The translations under genes and the position numbers were made by a program. From NCBI GenBank assembly GCA_965227775.1, contig OZ245777.1, positions 1,984,001 to 2,048,000 of the forward strand: a DNA stretch of 64,000 nt, in the 5' to 3' direction. The notes below the pieces were generated by a model. That model did no database searches. It worked only from the letters and a program-made list of their open reading frames with translations, and had not been told where the DNA came from. The first letter of the stretch is position 1; each line of letters opens with the position of its first letter. Of the stretch, positions 1 through 10,117 are shown one piece after another. The stretch is from Phycisphaerales bacterium. Lineage in GTDB: Bacteria; Planctomycetota; Phycisphaerae; Phycisphaerales; UBA1924.

Positions 1-164
1 AGCTGGCATTCCCCAAGGGCGACGGCCTGCGCATCGACATCATCTACGCGACCAAGGCCCTGGCCGAGACATGCACCGACGCGCGTGTTGACCGCGACGA
101 GCGCAAGGGCAAGCAGCCCAGCGACCACGCACCCGTCATCGCCGACTTCGATTGGGTGGCATAG
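1..164 (+). CDS. xth: Exodeoxyribonuclease III (AP endonuclease), 3' end only
   Basis: Frame from nt 3 reads LAFPKGDGLRIDIIYAT...RKGKQPSDHAPVIADF; GLRID and PSDHAPV are ExoIII C-terminal motifs; TAG at 162-164. Confidence 0.85.
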   Translation, partial: LAFPKGDGLRIDIIYATKALAETCTDARVDRDERKGKQPSDHAPVIADFDWVA

Positions 165-173
165 CCACGCTCC

Positions 174-872
174 ATGGACGACCGCGTGATCAACACCTTC
201 CTGCTCGATATCTCCGGCACCGTCGTGCAATCCGGCGGCTTCGAGGCCGTGTTCCACCACGTGTATCGCGAATTGCTGGGCGTCGAAGTCTCCGCCGAGC
301 AAGTCCGCGTCAACACCGGACGCAAGAAGTCGCACCTGTTCGAAGAAGTCGTGGGTGCGCACGCGCCCGATCGCGCGGGCGAGCCCGGTCTGATTGAACG
401 GATGACCAATGCGTTCGACGCGTTCATGCTCGAGGCCATCGAGCAGAACCCGCCGCCCGTGCTCGACACCGTCCGCGAGGCGCTGGAGTTCCTCCACCAC
501 TTCGAGTTCACGGTTGGCTATGTCACGGGTTTTGCGCGCAGACCGGCGGAGCGGCTGCTCGACGTATCAAACCTTGACTACGCCGTGCTCGTTGGGAGCG
601 ACGAGGTCGAGCACGGCCGCCCCGCCCCGGACTTGATCCACGAGGCGATGCGCCGCCTGGGCATCACCGATCCTGTGACGATCGCGTACGCGGGCGACAC
701 CCCGGTCGACATCCTGAGCGGCCTGGCCGCCGGTTGCGGCCGCGTGTACGGCTTGACTTGCGGCGCGCACGACTGGGTCGAGCTCGACGAGGTCGCGCAG
801 GGGACGCCCGCGCAGATCGTGAATTCGCTGCTCGCCGCCGCGAAGGACGTGTACCGGAGAGAGCGTTCCTAG
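174..872 (+). CDS. HAD-superfamily hydrolase, phosphonatase-like
   Basis: Motif I variant LLDISGT, motif II VTG, GRPAPDLI, motif IV GDTPVD. Confidence 0.8.
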   Translation: MDDRVINTFLLDISGTVVQSGGFEAVFHHVYRELLGVEVSAEQVRVNTGRKKSHLFEEVVGAHAPDRAGEPGLIERMTNAFDAFMLEAIEQNPPPVLDTVREALEFLHHFEFTVGYVTGFARRPAERLLDVSNLDYAVLVGSDEVEHGRPAPDLIHEAMRRLGITDPVTIAYAGDTPVDILSGLAAGCGRVYGLTCGAHDWVELDEVAQGTPAQIVNSLLAAAKDVYRRERS

Positions 873-1186
873 CCGCCGGCGGCCTTGGCTTGGTACCCCT
901 TGGCCTTCAACCGCTCGACGACCGCGTCGCGATGGTCGCCCTGCAAGACGATCTCGATCGCACCGTCTTTGGCATCCCCCAGCCCGCCGCCGGTGCCCAA
1001 CCCCGTGCGCAGCTCCTTGAGTAGTGCCTTGGCGTCGTCCTTCGAGAGCCCGAGTTCGGCGACCACCGTGCACCACTTGCCTCGCCGCTTCTCGCGCCGC
1101 ACGCGGGGGCTGGCGGCGGGCGCGGGTTCGGGTGTTACGGGCCGCTCGAGCGGGGTGCCGTCGAAGAGTCCGGGTGGTGGGGGCAT
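869..1186 (-). CDS. yciH: SUI1/YciH-family translation initiation factor
   Basis: VRREKRRGKWCTVV...LLKELRTGLGTGG...IVLQGDHRD matches the SUI1 pattern. Confidence 0.85.
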   Translation of the reverse strand: MPPPPGLFDGTPLERPVTPEPAPAASPRVRREKRRGKWCTVVAELGLSKDDAKALLKELRTGLGTGGGLGDAKDGAIEIVLQGDHRDAVVERLKAKGYQAKAAGG

Positions 1187-1194
1187 GCGACAGG

Positions 1195-3558
1195 CTACGG
1201 GCAGCCCGTGTCGAAGGCGTTCTGGAACGCAAGGAAGTCGAAAATGGTGAGCGTGCCGTCCCCGTCAAAGTCGGCCGCCTGTGCTCCAGCGTCAAAGAGG
1301 TTCTGGAACACGAGGAAGTCAAAGATCGTCAGTTCGCCATCACCATCGAGGTCGACCGGGCAGCGAGGGCTGGGCACGGCGAAGGACAGGTCGTCGATGA
1401 AGCAGCGTCCAGCGATCGTCTGGTCGCACAAGAACGAGATGGACTCGAGCGCGTCGAGGTCGAGATCCGGGTTCGCGGCCGTGAAATCACCGAGCGCGTA
1501 CCGATAGGTCTCGAAGATCGACTTGCGGTCCACCGTTGCGGCGGGCGCGACGGACGATCGCAGCGCGCCCTGAACGGCATCGGACAACCTGCGCTCGGCC
1601 GAATCGCCGTCCGTATCGGTAAGCCGGATCGTGAGGTCCTTCGTCGCACCGGGCGGGTTGAGCGGGTCATTGTGGATCTGCATGATGCGGAAGGTCAGGT
1701 CCGACCAGCCGCGGGCGTCGAATCCGGGCCCGCCGTCCTCGGTCAGCATGTGCGTGAACGAAGCGTCGACGCCGATCCACGCGAACTCGAGGCCCCAAGT
1801 CGGGTGATACAGCCCCTTCGCCGGGTCGAGCATGAATGCTTCATCGAACGTCTCGAAGCCCTCGGTTGTCACCGCAAAGCCCAGCGTGCTCGTGGTTGGG
1901 TCGTGGACACCGGGGGCCGACGTGAGCTCGTTCTCGGCAAAGACAACCGAATCGTCGCCGGGCGTCAGCCCGTACGTCCAAATGCCCCAGCCCGGGTTGC
2001 GCAGCCTCAAGGTGCCCTCAAACAGGCCGCTCGTGGAACGCAGCATCGACCAGTTGGTCGTTTGGTCGAACCCGGAGTCGGCGCACGCCAGTGTGGCCTG
2101 CGCTGTGGCCGAGTCGATACGGAAGTCAGCAAGGATTGCCTTGCCCCCGCCGCAGATGAAGGCGGCCAGCTCGTCGTCGAAGGGCACCGTGGCCGACCGC
2201 GAGCCGCTCTGGCGCGCCATGACAACCAGGTCCCACTGTCCCGAGCGCAGCCGGCTCTCGAACTCTGTGTCGTTGCTCGTTCTGATCAGTACGTCGAATA
2301 GCCCGGCAGTCTCTTCGCGATCGATCGCGATGTCGTACACGTCGGGTGCCAGGCTGAAGTCCTTGTAAAACAGCACGTCGTACGGCCCGGCACCGGGGGG
2401 CAGCAGATCCTGGATCTGGTTCCGCACCAGCTGGACGCCCGCCTCGACGTCGACGAACGTGTCGCCCAAGAAGCCGTTGACGTACGTTTGCCCCGGCACG
2501 CCCGAGATGCCCACGCCGTGCTCGAACGTCATGCCGTTCGTGTCTTCGAAGGTGTCGACTGCGAAGTCGGCACGCTCCTGGAACTGGTAGCGCACTTCGG
2601 GTCCATCGACGACCAGTGGTTGCTCGTTGCGCAGGTAGGGCAGCGCGTCTTGATTGCCATAGAACAGGTACTCGTGGAAGGCAGCGAGCGCGGCGCCCGA
2701 GGCCCGCCACGCATCCTCGCGAGAGATCGTCGCGGGCGCGACCGAGCCGCCCTCGCAGAACGACCAGTGGCTCGCACCGACCACATATACATAGTGGCGG
2801 GGCTTTTGCGCGGGCTCGTAGATCGCGATGCCCTGTCCGGTTCCCGTGCAGCCGCACTCGTCCTTGGAGCCATAAATGAGCTGCAGCGGCGGCATACCGG
2901 CGAACGTGTCGCTGTACCGCGAGATCGGAACGTGCGGGCATGGCGCCAGCAGCGACACCGCGTCGATTTCGTACTCGCCGGTCGGATTCATGGGCCGATG
3001 GTCCAACACGGTGTTAAACGCCGCGCCGTGCGAGTGCCCGCTCAACCCGATGCGGTCGATGTCGGCCCGCTGGTACAGCCAGTGGCCGGGATCCGTGTTC
3101 CATTCCTTGTAGACCTGGTCCATCGTGACGGTGAAGAGCTCACGGTGGCACGCGACCGAGCAGGGAACGTGGTCGTGGCGCATCGACACCACGATCATCC
3201 CCCGGCTGGCCAGGCGGCTGAACTGGTAGTCGTAAAACGTGTAGTCCGATCCGCCGGCGTGCTGGAAGAAGATGACCGGATACGGCGCCCCGTCGGTCGC
3301 GGCTGGTGTGCCCTCGCCTTGTTCTGTCGCGGGGTACCACACCTGGAGCTGCTGCGGAAACGGCACGCCGAGAACCATCTTGGGTTCGTCGTCCAGCCGC
3401 ACGCCCCAATGGTGGGGGCCAAACTCGAGCCATGGTTCCTGGGCGAGCGTTGGGTGCGTGAGGCCAAGGCAACCAATCAACGCCGCGATCGCCCACCGCC
3501 TTATGTGAAGGAAGACCGTGCTCGGGCTTGAACAGCGACCGCGTAGCAAACACATCAC
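1195..3558 (-). CDS. Secreted alpha/beta hydrolase (chlorophyllase/PAF-AH-like) with C-terminal GC-type dockerin domain
   Basis: Signal-like N-terminus (THPTLA-QE), VWYPA, YPVIFFQH, nucleophile GHSHG, GASH; C-terminal CPVDLDGDGELTIFDFLVFQNLFDAG..ADFDGDGTLTIFDFLAFQNAFDTGCP; start uncertain. Confidence 0.75.
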   Translation of the reverse strand: MMCLLRGRCSSPSTVFLHIRRWAIAALIGCLGLTHPTLAQEPWLEFGPHHWGVRLDDEPKMVLGVPFPQQLQVWYPATEQGEGTPAATDGAPYPVIFFQHAGGSDYTFYDYQFSRLASRGMIVVSMRHDHVPCSVACHRELFTVTMDQVYKEWNTDPGHWLYQRADIDRIGLSGHSHGAAFNTVLDHRPMNPTGEYEIDAVSLLAPCPHVPISRYSDTFAGMPPLQLIYGSKDECGCTGTGQGIAIYEPAQKPRHYVYVVGASHWSFCEGGSVAPATISREDAWRASGAALAAFHEYLFYGNQDALPYLRNEQPLVVDGPEVRYQFQERADFAVDTFEDTNGMTFEHGVGISGVPGQTYVNGFLGDTFVDVEAGVQLVRNQIQDLLPPGAGPYDVLFYKDFSLAPDVYDIAIDREETAGLFDVLIRTSNDTEFESRLRSGQWDLVVMARQSGSRSATVPFDDELAAFICGGGKAILADFRIDSATAQATLACADSGFDQTTNWSMLRSTSGLFEGTLRLRNPGWGIWTYGLTPGDDSVVFAENELTSAPGVHDPTTSTLGFAVTTEGFETFDEAFMLDPAKGLYHPTWGLEFAWIGVDASFTHMLTEDGGPGFDARGWSDLTFRIMQIHNDPLNPPGATKDLTIRLTDTDGDSAERRLSDAVQGALRSSVAPAATVDRKSIFETYRYALGDFTAANPDLDLDALESISFLCDQTIAGRCFIDDLSFAVPSPRCPVDLDGDGELTIFDFLVFQNLFDAGAQAADFDGDGTLTIFDFLAFQNAFDTGCP

Positions 3559-3756
3559 GAGCTACCCCCAAGGAAGTCAGCGAGTCACACCAACTCGTCC
3601 AAATTACCAGAAACCGCTGCTCAAGTCAATGCGACAAATACCCGTTCTCCGACATTGCCGGCCACTTTGGCAGGATTGAGGACCGGAAATCCCACGCGGA
3701 CTCCGCGTTTGATCTCCCGCGTCGTGGTGTCGTCCCCTCCTCCTAGCATGCGCCCG

Positions 3757-5142
3757 ATGCACCGATGCCTGCTCAACCCTGCCCTCGAGCGTGTTCGCGT
3801 CAACGGGTTCGCCTTCCCGCTGGGTGTCTACCCCGTGGAGCCCATCGCGCCAACAAGCGGCTACACGGTCGACTTCGAGCCCGCCGACGGGGACGAGGAG
3901 TGGGAGGAGTGGCCCGACCGCTACGTCTACGAGATCCTCGTGTCGGCAGAGCGCCTGAAGCCCCTGTGTTCGGCGCTGCTCAGCCTGCTGCCCGGACGGA
4001 TCTATCCGATCCTCGACGTGCTAGGCAACGACGCGTTCCGCGAGATCGATCCGTACATCGCGTACGAGCTGGTCGGGGTCGAGAGCCTTTATGACGGGCT
4101 GCGGTGGTACGAGCCGTTCTTGTTTGAAGATGGACTGTGCGGCTTCGGTGCCATGAGCGAAGAGCCGTTCATGTACCTGTTCCTCGACGAGCACAAAGTG
4201 CTGACGGTCCGCGTCGAGACTTCAGAGAAGGAACGGGTCGACCGGCTTCTTGCCGCGTTTGAGCTTGGCAATCTCGGCGGGGCCTCCGAGAACGGCTCGG
4301 CAGGAAGGGCTCGCAAACCCGACGGCCGTCCGCTGGTCGAGGTCATGGCCGCCGACGCCGTGAGTCACGAGCACCGCAGCGTGCTGCTGACACCGGAAGA
4401 TCGCCCCGAGCTACCCGGGCCCGAGGAGGTCTCCGAGGCCCTCGTCGATCTATGGGGCATGACGCTCAACATCGACGTCGAACGGAATCTGGACGACGAC
4501 GGCCGAGACCTGGGCGTCACGGGCTGGCGGTGCCTGGTGCGTGTCGATCCGCCGGCACCCGATGAAGCGGGAAACCAGTCCTCCGACGAGAGGGACAAGA
4601 ACGACAAGATCAGAGAAGAGCAGAAGAAAGCCGGCGCGCCAGATCCGAACGCAGGCGAGCAGACGCCGAACCAGGAAGGACGCGTGCGATACGCCGAGGT
4701 ACTGCTGGCCGCTGGCTGCTGGCGCGAGGCCGAGGATCTCGCGGTCCAGGCCGTCGAGCGTTTGCCGGGCGAGCCCCGCGGCCCGAATCACTCGGCGGCC
4801 TCCGAGGGCTTCGGGCCCCGATTGATCTCGGCCGATCGGCTGTGGAGGCGCGAAGTCGTCGCGATCTTGTCGGCGCCGTCCGGCCGCAGCGGCAGCCAGC
4901 CAACGCCGCCCGAGGCGCATTTGGCTCGTTCGAGCGAGCCGGCGCCGCTTGTCACGCCACCGCCCGAACCCCGACCAGGCGACAAGCCCGTTGCCGCGTC
5001 GAGTTCGGTCGATGCGCCCGGCGGTGGTGATTCGTTCGACGGGACCGATCCGGCCGAACCGCCGGAGATCGCCGAGCTTTTGGACGAAGCGCTCGCCAAT
5101 GCCGCGCCCGGACGGATCCTCGCGAGCCGTTGGCTCGAATAG
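3757..5142 (+). CDS. Hypothetical protein (globular N-terminal part, Pro/Ser/Ala-rich low-complexity inserts)
   Basis: Long ORF 3655..5142 with typical codon usage; start placed at ATG 3757, 7 nt after TAGCAT. Confidence 0.65.
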   Translation: MHRCLLNPALERVRVNGFAFPLGVYPVEPIAPTSGYTVDFEPADGDEEWEEWPDRYVYEILVSAERLKPLCSALLSLLPGRIYPILDVLGNDAFREIDPYIAYELVGVESLYDGLRWYEPFLFEDGLCGFGAMSEEPFMYLFLDEHKVLTVRVETSEKERVDRLLAAFELGNLGGASENGSAGRARKPDGRPLVEVMAADAVSHEHRSVLLTPEDRPELPGPEEVSEALVDLWGMTLNIDVERNLDDDGRDLGVTGWRCLVRVDPPAPDEAGNQSSDERDKNDKIREEQKKAGAPDPNAGEQTPNQEGRVRYAEVLLAAGCWREAEDLAVQAVERLPGEPRGPNHSAASEGFGPRLISADRLWRREVVAILSAPSGRSGSQPTPPEAHLARSSEPAPLVTPPPEPRPGDKPVAASSSVDAPGGGDSFDGTDPAEPPEIAELLDEALANAAPGRILASRWLE

Positions 5143-5676
5143 CCGGCCACCCGTTTTTGGTCTCGGGCGTGCGCGGTCGCGTGACGCCGTCGAGATGTCC
5201 TCCAGACGTCCAGTTGCGGGGAGTTGCTCTGGCGGGGGGTGGTGATTATCCTCCACCCGCTCAAGTCTGGGCCGATTTCTGGCCCGAGCGTGCATCCCGG
5301 GGCGTGTGCTTCGGGTATCAATCGAACACCCCGCCCCGGGCACACCCGGGGCCGACCACGGGAGCCGCTCACGGGACACAGCCCGCACACGCGAACACCT
5401 CCCGATAGTCCGCCGACAGCCCGCCGAACAGCGTTCGCGCGAGGTTGGCGAAACGGGCTCGACGCCTCGCCCGCACCGGGCCGGGTGGCCGACACGTGCC
5501 AATGATGGCCCTTCGGTAACGAGCTGCGGACGAGCGCGTACACGTCCGACACCGAAACGACCCGCAACCGCGTCAAACCACCGCGACCCAAACCCGCGTC
5601 CCAAACACCAGATCCCGAGCGGCCAACGCCCTATTCCCGCCCCGCCGTTCCCACCCCGCACACTTTGGAGCTTGGC

Positions 5677-8600
5677 ATGAGCACCAGCAGGACCCCCCGT
5701 CGCCTCCTCGCCCTGGCATTGGCTACCTCCCTGAACGCCTCGGCCCTGACGGCCCTGGCCGATGACACGAGCGTCGCCACCCTGGCTCAGGCGCGGGCCC
5801 AGGCCGATCAGTTGATGGCCCAGGGCCAGTTTGTGCGGGCTCAGGCCACGCTCATGAACGCCTTGAGCGACGCGACGGGCTCGAACGATGAGCGGGCCGA
5901 GGCGCTGGTCGCCCTACGGAACATCCGCCAGAAGATCTCGGGCGCGGACCGTCTGGAGATCGCGCTGCAGCAGGCAGACATGGCGATCGCCGAGGGCAAC
6001 CTGGCCTTCGCGTCGACTCGCGTCGCCTCGGTCCTCGAAGCCGCCGACGAGGGTTCGGTGCTCTGGACGCGCGCGACCGATGCAAGGAACCAGATCGATC
6101 GCCGCCAGCAGGCCCTGCGTCCGATGGTGGCCGACGCGCTGACCCAGGCCGCCGCCGATCTTGACGCCGGCCGGTTTGCCCAGGCCAAGAGCCAGCTCGC
6201 CGTGGTCCGCCGTGCGGGTCTGGACCTCGACGCCAAGCAGGGCGAGAGGCTCAGCCGCATGGAGCTGCGCGTAGCCGACGCCGAGCGCAAGGCGGGAACG
6301 ACCTTCGACGCCAGCGCCGCCGCAGCGGCCAGCGTGCAGGCGGGCGTGGTGCGCGGCCGTCAGGATGGCGGCCAGCAGGGCGACCCCCAGCAGCTCTTCC
6401 GCGAAGCCATCCAGCAGGAAGCCCGGGCCAACTTGAGCCAGGCCAACGCCGCCTTTGAGTCGGGACAGCTCGCCGAAGCCCGTCGTTTGTACGTGCTGGT
6501 CCGTGCGAACCAGGACCTGCTCACCCCGGAAGAGCGTGACCTCGTCTCGACCCGCATTGACGAGATCGACGTCCGGCTCTCAGGTCGCCCGAGCGCCCAG
6601 GAGGACATCGGCACCACCCGCGATCTGGTCCGTCAGAACGCACTGGCCGAGTTCCGCGTTGGCGTCAACGAGGCCGAGCGTCAGCTCGCCCAGGGGAACC
6701 TGGGCGGTGCCCGTGCCCAGCTGTCGCGTACGCGCATCGACTTCCAGCGTAACCGAGACGTGTTCGGCCAGCCCGAGTTTGAGGCCCGCATCAACGAGCT
6801 CGACGACCTGCAAGCGCGAATCGAGGCCGCCGCCATCCGAATCCAGGAAGATCAGGCCGAGGCGCTCGACCGCGGTGCCCAAGAGGAAGCAGCTGAGCGA
6901 GCCGACCGCCAGCGCAATGAGCGCCAGCGCACGATCAACCTGCTGCTCGATCAGGCCCGCGAGTACCAGATGAACATGCGGTACCGCGAGGCGCTCGACA
7001 CCATCGAGCAGCTCCTGCTGATCGACCCGATCAACCCTTCGGGCCTGCTGCTCAAGAACGCCTACGAGAACATCCTGATCTACGTCGATTACTCGCAGAT
7101 CACCGAACGGCGAAACAAGGGCTTCGCGGCGTTCCGCATCGAGGCCGAGCGTGCCCTGATCCCGCCGCTGGACGTCGTGAACTATCCCGAGAACTGGCCT
7201 GCCATCAGCCAGAGCCGCGAGGCGCAGGCCGAGTTCGTTGACTCCGCCGAGAATCGCCGCGTGCTCGCGCAGCTCGAGTCGAGCCGCGTGCAGATGAACC
7301 TGCAGGACAATCCTCTGGAAAGCGCTCTTGCGTTTATCGCCCAGCAGGCCGAGGTCGACTTCGACGTCGAGTGGGAGACGCTCGAGCGCTTGGGCATCGA
7401 CCGCCAGACGCCGGTGAGCCTCCGCCTCGCCAGCACCGTCAACGCAACGGTCGCGCTCGACCGCCTGCTGGCTAAGGCCAGCCCGGACGACTTCAACGCC
7501 GCCGACTGGGCGATCATCGACGGTCTGCTGACCGTGTCGTCGGCCGAGACCCTGCTCGATAAGACCGCTGTTGGTATCTACGACATCAACGACCTGCTCC
7601 ACGAGGTGCCCGACTACCCGGACGTGCCCGAGATCGATCTGCAGCAGGCGTTGCAGAGCAGCCAGGGTGGCGGCGGCCAGAGCCCCTTCACGGATCAGGG
7701 CGACGGTGAGATCGAAGAAACGCCCCTCGAGGACCGCATCAACGAGATCATCGAGATCGTCGAGAACAACATCGAGGAAGACCGCGGCTTCCTCGAGGGC
7801 CGCTGGACCATCACGCCTTATCGCGGGCTGCTGATCGTCCGCGCCACGCCCAAGGCCCACCGCCAGATCGGTGGCCTGCTCGACAAGCTCCGCGCCCAGC
7901 AGGCCCTGCAGCTGAACGTCGAGACGCGATTCCTGCTCGTGAACCAGGACTACTTCGAGCAGATCGGCTTCGACCTGGACATCTACTTCAACGCCAAGGC
8001 CGACCAGTTCCAGACGGCCGCGGCCAACGATCCCAGCCTGCTGCCCAGCGACTTCTTCGACTTCTCCGGCCCGAACGGCCGTCGTCGCACGGTCACCGGC
8101 GGTGCCGGCCCGGGCGGAACTTCGGTCGTGCAGCCCGTCGCCGCCCCGACCAACACGAGCGTCATCGGCGCGGGTCAGGACTCGATCGGCCTCGCCGGCG
8201 CACTCGCGCCCACTGAAGGCATCGCGAGCACCATCCTCGGTGCGGCTCCGGCCCTGGGTGTCGCGGGACAGTTCCTTGACGACGTGCAGGTCGACTTCCT
8301 CGTTCGTGCCACGCAGGCCGACCGGCGTTCGACCCAGCTCACGGCCCCGCGCCTGACGCTGACGAACGGCCAGCTGGCCAACATCTACGTCGCCACCCAG
8401 GTGGCATACGTGGGCGACCTCGAGCCGGTGGTCAGTGACAGTGCCGTCGGCTTCGACCCAACGGTGGAAGTCGCGACCGAGGGCGTGACGCTGCTGGTTC
8501 GCGGCACCATCTCGAGCGATCGTCGCTACGTAACCATGAACGTCGACGCGGGCCTTGCGCAGATCGACGGCTTCGCGTCCGAGCAGGTTACGGCCGTTGC

Positions 8601-8925
8601 CGGCGGCACCTTGGTCAGCTCGGCCGACACGCAGTCGTTCATCCAGCTGCCGACGGTGACGGTGACCCGCGTCCGCACAACGGTCACGGTGCCCGACGAG
8701 GGCACGCTGCTGCTGGGCGGTCAGCGCCTGGTGAGCGAGTTCGAAGTCGAGACCGGTGTGCCGCTGCTGAGCAAGCTGCCCGTGCTCAACCGCTTCTTCA
8801 CCAACCGCATCGAGAGCAAGGAAGAGCAGACGCTGCTGATCCTGATGAAGCCGACCGTGCTCATCCAGAGCGAGCAGGAGGCCCGCAACTTCCCGGCCAT
8901 GGGTGGCGGCCTGAACCCCTTCTAA
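5677..8925 (+). CDS. Large secretin (GspD/PilQ family) with helical, TPR-like N-terminal extension
   Basis: Signal peptide; secretin motifs APRLTLTNGQ, TTVTVPDEGTLLLGG, GVPLLSKLPVLNRFF, LLILMKPTVL; GGAG before ATG 5677. Confidence 0.85.
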   Translation: MSTSRTPRRLLALALATSLNASALTALADDTSVATLAQARAQADQLMAQGQFVRAQATLMNALSDATGSNDERAEALVALRNIRQKISGADRLEIALQQADMAIAEGNLAFASTRVASVLEAADEGSVLWTRATDARNQIDRRQQALRPMVADALTQAAADLDAGRFAQAKSQLAVVRRAGLDLDAKQGERLSRMELRVADAERKAGTTFDASAAAAASVQAGVVRGRQDGGQQGDPQQLFREAIQQEARANLSQANAAFESGQLAEARRLYVLVRANQDLLTPEERDLVSTRIDEIDVRLSGRPSAQEDIGTTRDLVRQNALAEFRVGVNEAERQLAQGNLGGARAQLSRTRIDFQRNRDVFGQPEFEARINELDDLQARIEAAAIRIQEDQAEALDRGAQEEAAERADRQRNERQRTINLLLDQAREYQMNMRYREALDTIEQLLLIDPINPSGLLLKNAYENILIYVDYSQITERRNKGFAAFRIEAERALIPPLDVVNYPENWPAISQSREAQAEFVDSAENRRVLAQLESSRVQMNLQDNPLESALAFIAQQAEVDFDVEWETLERLGIDRQTPVSLRLASTVNATVALDRLLAKASPDDFNAADWAIIDGLLTVSSAETLLDKTAVGIYDINDLLHEVPDYPDVPEIDLQQALQSSQGGGGQSPFTDQGDGEIEETPLEDRINEIIEIVENNIEEDRGFLEGRWTITPYRGLLIVRATPKAHRQIGGLLDKLRAQQALQLNVETRFLLVNQDYFEQIGFDLDIYFNAKADQFQTAAANDPSLLPSDFFDFSGPNGRRRTVTGGAGPGGTSVVQPVAAPTNTSVIGAGQDSIGLAGALAPTEGIASTILGAAPALGVAGQFLDDVQVDFLVRATQADRRSTQLTAPRLTLTNGQLANIYVATQVAYVGDLEPVVSDSAVGFDPTVEVATEGVTLLVRGTISSDRRYVTMNVDAGLAQIDGFASEQVTAVAGGTLVSSADTQSFIQLPTVTVTRVRTTVTVPDEGTLLLGGQRLVSEFEVETGVPLLSKLPVLNRFFTNRIESKEEQTLLILMKPTVLIQSEQEARNFPAMGGGLNPF

Positions 8926-8974
8926 ACCGCCTTCGCGAGAATCCCGGCACGACCGGGGCGAGAAAGCGCCAGAT

Positions 8975-9008
8975 AACGCCCGCGCCGGGACAGCCCGGGG
9001 CGGGCGTT
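8975..9008 (+). terminator. GC-rich stem-loop after the secretin gene (possible terminator or processing site)
   Basis: AACGCCCGC-g-CCGGG-acag-CCCGG-g-GCGGGCGTT inverted repeat; only a weak U tail. Confidence 0.4.
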
Positions 9009-9073
9009 GTTGCTACGCTTGCGCCCCGGGGGATCGACGGCTCGATCCGCCCAGCCCACTCGGAGAGCCCAGC

Positions 9074-9433
9074 ATGCCAGCCGAAGAGACACGTTTGCGC
9101 ATCACCGACCAGGACGGGGTGACGCGGGTCGAGTTCCTCGACCGCAACATCCTCGACGAGGCCAGCATCCAGCGCATCGGCGACGAGATCACCGAAGTCA
9201 TCGATGCCTCGAGCAGCCCCAAGCTGCTCATCAGCTTCAACAACGTCGATCACATGTCTTCGGCCGCGCTTGGCACGCTCATCACGATCCACCACAAGAT
9301 CCGCAACCGTTCGGGCCAGCTCCGCCTAGCCGACATCGATCCGCAGATCCAAGAAGTCTTCAGCATCACCAAGCTTGATCGCATCTTTACGATCCACGAA
9401 GACACCGAGAGCGCGATGAAGAGCTTCGACTGA
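9074..9433 (+). CDS. STAS-domain anti-sigma factor antagonist (RsbV/SpoIIAA-like)
   Basis: LLISFNNVDHMSSAALGTLI with phosphoacceptor Ser; EVFSITKLDRIF. Confidence 0.9.
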   Translation: MPAEETRLRITDQDGVTRVEFLDRNILDEASIQRIGDEITEVIDASSSPKLLISFNNVDHMSSAALGTLITIHHKIRNRSGQLRLADIDPQIQEVFSITKLDRIFTIHEDTESAMKSFD

Positions 9434-9460
9434 CCCCTTCGAACTCCCAGGGCGGACCGG

Positions 9461-9904
9461 ATGGCACACCGAGATGAGCAGGCCAGCGTGAGCGACTCGG
9501 CCCGGGTCACCAACGACCGGGAGCGCATCGATCGCCTCTGGCTCTCGATCGAAATGGCCATGCAAGAGCAGGGCTATCCGAAGGCTGCGACCTTCGCCGT
9601 TCGTCTCGCGCTCGAAGAGGCCATGACAAACGCCTTCCGCCATGGGCTGAAGGACCTGCCCGACGACACGCCGATCACGATCGACTACGTGGTCGATAGG
9701 GATCGCGTCCGCATCGCGGTCGAAGATCCCGGGCCCGGGTTTGATCCTTCCGATGTGCCCGATCCGACGGCAGAGGAAAACCTGACCCGCCCGGGTGGTC
9801 GCGGCCTGCTTCTCATTCGCTCGTACATGACCCACGCTGACTTCAAGAACCAGGGACGGCGGCTGGAGATGGTCTACGAGCGTCCGGCCGAGAACGAGAA
9901 TTAA
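9461..9904 (+). CDS. Anti-sigma factor / Ser kinase (RsbW/SpoIIAB-like, HATPase_c_2)
   Basis: LALEEAMTNAFRHG (N box), EDPGPGFDP (G1), GGRGLLLI (G2); adjacent to STAS gene. Confidence 0.9.
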   Translation: MAHRDEQASVSDSARVTNDRERIDRLWLSIEMAMQEQGYPKAATFAVRLALEEAMTNAFRHGLKDLPDDTPITIDYVVDRDRVRIAVEDPGPGFDPSDVPDPTAEENLTRPGGRGLLLIRSYMTHADFKNQGRRLEMVYERPAENEN

Positions 9905-9995
9905 GGGCCCGAGAACGGACGCCCGGACACCTGCGTTCGTCGGGATTCCCCGCAACGCCTACGCTCTTCTTGCGGCTGGGAAGCCTCTGCTCTAA

Positions 9996-10012
9996 ACTAG
10001 AATTGTTCTAAG
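9996..10012. promoter_or_regulatory. Palindromic operator upstream of iscS (Fur/Irr/PerR-like)
   Basis: AT-rich island with perfect TAGAA-TTG-TTCTA (9998-10010), about 105 nt before the iscS ATG. Confidence 0.55.
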
Positions 10013-10117
10013 TGGAAGGCCGATTGGGCCATCCAGGCCGATCTCATTGGGGGCTGGTTCCCATGCGGAGAGATTGGCCCAGCCGAGCCGCGACCAAAGC
10101 CGCACCACGGAGAAGCC

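Noticed and set aside
5143..5676. Known riboswitch (for example c-di-GMP-I) or tRNA upstream of the secretin
   Set aside because: Could not match consensus elements by eye; only generic hairpins
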